Assembly (NCBI GenBank): GCA_022767945.1
Contig: JALENF010000078.1
Span: 1-45,755, forward strand
Direction of reading: 5' to 3'
Length of the DNA: 45,755 nt
Source of the DNA: Bacillota bacterium
GTDB taxonomy: Bacteria > Bacillota > Clostridia > Peptostreptococcales > Anaerovoracaceae
Made by a program: the position numbers and the translations under genes. The stretch's first letter is position 1, and each line of letters opens with the position of its first letter. Below the pieces are notes generated by a model. The model saw only the letters and a list, made by a program, of their open reading frames with translations. It had not been told where the DNA came from and did not search any database. Below are positions 43,615 to 45,755 of the stretch, in pieces.

Positions 43615-45755
43615 ATGGAGAGCATTAAGAAGATTATAAAGAGAGATGGCCGAACGGTTGACTTTAATATTGATAAAATTACCGATGCCATTTATAAAGC
43701 TGCACAGGTTCTTGGAGGAAGAGATCGTGAAATGTCCAATTATCTGGCCAGACAGGTTGAGCTTTATCTTCTGGAGGTGTGCCATAACTCAACTCCTACT
43801 GTAGAACAGGTGCAGGATGCTGTAGAAAAGATTCTTATTGAAAATGGACACGCCAGGACGGCAAAGGAATACATCCTGTACAGGGCGGAGCGCACCAGAG
43901 TAAGAGACATGAATACAAAGCTTATGCGCATTTATGAGGATCTTACTTTCAAGGATGCAAAGGATAACGATGTAAAAAGAGAAAATGCGAATATTGATGG
44001 TAATACGGCCATGGGAACCATGCTGAAGTATGGCTCCGAGGGTGCTAAAGAGTTCTACAAGATGTATGTAATCGATCCAAGGTATGCAAAGGCACATGAG
44101 AATGGAGACATTCATATTCATGATATGGATTTCTATACTCTGACCATGACATGCTGTCAGATCGATCTGGTTAAACTTCTGGAAAACGGTTTTTCTACGG
44201 GACACGGTCATTTGAGAGAACCTAACGATGTGGAAAGCTATGCAGCTCTTGCGTGTATCGCTATTCAGTCCAACCAGAACGACCAGCACGGAGGACAGTC
44301 AGTACCGAACTTTGACTATGGAATTGCTCCAGGTGTAAGAAAGTCATATAAAAAGCTGTATTCCAGAAATCTGGGCAAGGCTCTTGAGAGTTTGTACGAT
44401 ATAGAGGACGGTCTGGAACTCTCCAAGAGTCTATGTAAGAGAATCGAGGAAGAACACGGCGTATGTCCATGTATGGCGTGGGATAATGATTATAAGGAAA
44501 TTGAAGCAAAGGAGTTGTATAAGCTTAATCTTACTCCTGAGCAGATTGAGAAGGTACAGAAGATTGCTACCAAGTATGCCGATCAGGGTATCGAGAGAAA
44601 AACTTATCAGGCAATGGAGGCTCTTGTGCACAATCTGAATACGATGCATTCCAGAGCAGGTGCACAGGTTCCGTTCAGTTCACTGAACTATGGTACTGAC
44701 ACCTCTCCTGAAGGAAGGCTTGTTATGAAGTCAATCATGCTTGCAACTGAGGCAGGGCTGGGTAACGGTGAGACTCCGATATTCCCAATTCAGATTTTCA
44801 AGGTAAAAGAGGGTGTAAGTTATAACACTGAGGATCCGAACTACGATCTGTTCAAACTTGCGTGCAGAGTGTCAGCGAAGAGACTGTTCCCTAACTTCTC
44901 TTTCCTGGATGCTCCGTTTAACAAGCAGTATTATAAAGAAGGACATCCTGAAACAGAATGTGCCTACATGGGCTGCCGCACGAGGGTAATCGGAAACGTT
45001 CATGATCCAAGCAGAGAAATCGTATATGGAAGAGGCAATCTTTCCTTTACATCAATTAACCTTCCACGACTGGCTATAAAGGCAAAGGGGGATCAGGAAA
45101 TATTCTTTGACAGCCTGGATCACGTAATCGATCTTGCCATTGGACAGCTGAATGAAAGATACAGAATTCAGTGTCAGAAGAAGGTTAAGAACTTCCCGTT
45201 CCTGATGGGACAGGGTGTGTGGATCGACTCAGACAAGCTTTCTCCGGAAGATACGATTGAAGAAGTGCTGAAGCACGGTACTCTGACAGTCGGCTTCATC
45301 GGACTTGCAGAGGCTCTGAAGGCTTTGATCGGAGAACACCACGGAGAATCAGACAGAGCTCAGAAGCTGGGTATAGAAATCGTTGCATACATGAGGAAAC
45401 GTATGGATGAAGAAGCCCGCAAGACAGGACTGAACTGGTCTCTGATTGCGACTCCTGCAGAAGGACTGTCAGGAAGATTCGTCAGAATCGACAGAGAAAA
45501 GTTCGGAGTAATACCGGGTGTAACAGACCGAGACTATTATACTAACGGATTCCATGTTCCTGTATATTATAACATAAGTGCTTTCGATAAGATTAAGAAA
45601 GAGGCACCTTATCACAGTCTGACAAACGGTGGTCATATCTCATACATTGAGCTGGACGGAGATCCTATCAAAAATCTGGATGCTTTTGAAAAAGTAGTAA
45701 GATGCATGAAAGAAAACGGAATCGGATATGGTTCTATCAACCATCCTGTAGACAG
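43615..45755 (+). CDS. nrdD: Anaerobic (class III) ribonucleoside-triphosphate reductase, 3'-truncated by window
   Basis: Translated by hand from ATG 43615 (RBS GAGGAG): ATP-cone IIKRDG...VEQVQDAVE, RENAN, HIHD, HGGQ, YMGCRT, TPAEG, YYTN. The last codons are in the same frame (GYGSINHPVD). Missing from the ORF track because there is no stop in the window. Confidence 0.95.
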   Translation, partial: MESIKKIIKRDGRTVDFNIDKITDAIYKAAQVLGGRDREMSNYLARQVELYLLEVCHNSTPTVEQVQDAVEKILIENGHARTAKEYILYRAERTRVRDMNTKLMRIYEDLTFKDAKDNDVKRENANIDGNTAMGTMLKYGSEGAKEFYKMYVIDPRYAKAHENGDIHIHDMDFYTLTMTCCQIDLVKLLENGFSTGHGHLREPNDVESYAALACIAIQSNQNDQHGGQSVPNFDYGIAPGVRKSYKKLYSRNLGKALESLYDIEDGLELSKSLCKRIEEEHGVCPCMAWDNDYKEIEAKELYKLNLTPEQIEKVQKIATKYADQGIERKTYQAMEALVHNLNTMHSRAGAQVPFSSLNYGTDTSPEGRLVMKSIMLATEAGLGNGETPIFPIQIFKVKEGVSYNTEDPNYDLFKLACRVSAKRLFPNFSFLDAPFNKQYYKEGHPETECAYMGCRTRVIGNVHDPSREIVYGRGNLSFTSINLPRLAIKAKGDQEIFFDSLDHVIDLAIGQLNERYRIQCQKKVKNFPFLMGQGVWIDSDKLSPEDTIEEVLKHGTLTVGFIGLAEALKALIGEHHGESDRAQKLGIEIVAYMRKRMDEEARKTGLNWSLIATPAEGLSGRFVRIDREKFGVIPGVTDRDYYTNGFHVPVYYNISAFDKIKKEAPYHSLTNGGHISYIELDGDPIKNLDAFEKVVRCMKENGIGYGSINHPVD

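Overview
Chromosomal housekeeping and metabolic region of an anaerobic Bacillota (Clostridia-like) bacterium, with most genes on the + strand. I found no IS, phage, tRNA/rRNA or CRISPR. Gene order: prkC (3' part)-rsgA-rpe; class A PBP (-); comEC-holA; a 470-bp intergenic DnaA-box/palindrome cluster; a GltD-like flavoprotein plus group A [FeFe]-hydrogenase; recN-argR (-); ruvCAB-queA-tgt-rlmD-ABC-F; folE-HD-folP-folBK-XRE; a deleted mrp antiporter remnant; radical SAM plus C_GCAxxG_C_C (-); NCS2 permease-upp (-); a candidate preQ1 riboswitch ahead of a VUT/YhhQ transporter and an SDR; glpK-alkD-nucleoside phosphorylase-lipoprotein; M20 amidohydrolase (-); GH25-metF-metH-sstT; a degenerate PepD-like protein (-); GNAT; nrdD (5' part, missing from the ORF track). 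The best candidate for an undescribed system is the preQ1-I-like riboswitch/YhhQ/SDR unit. It may be a queuosine-salvage route supplying the preQ1-type Tgt and QueA encoded 11-13 kb upstream. All family assignments come from motif recognition by eye, and no searches were run.
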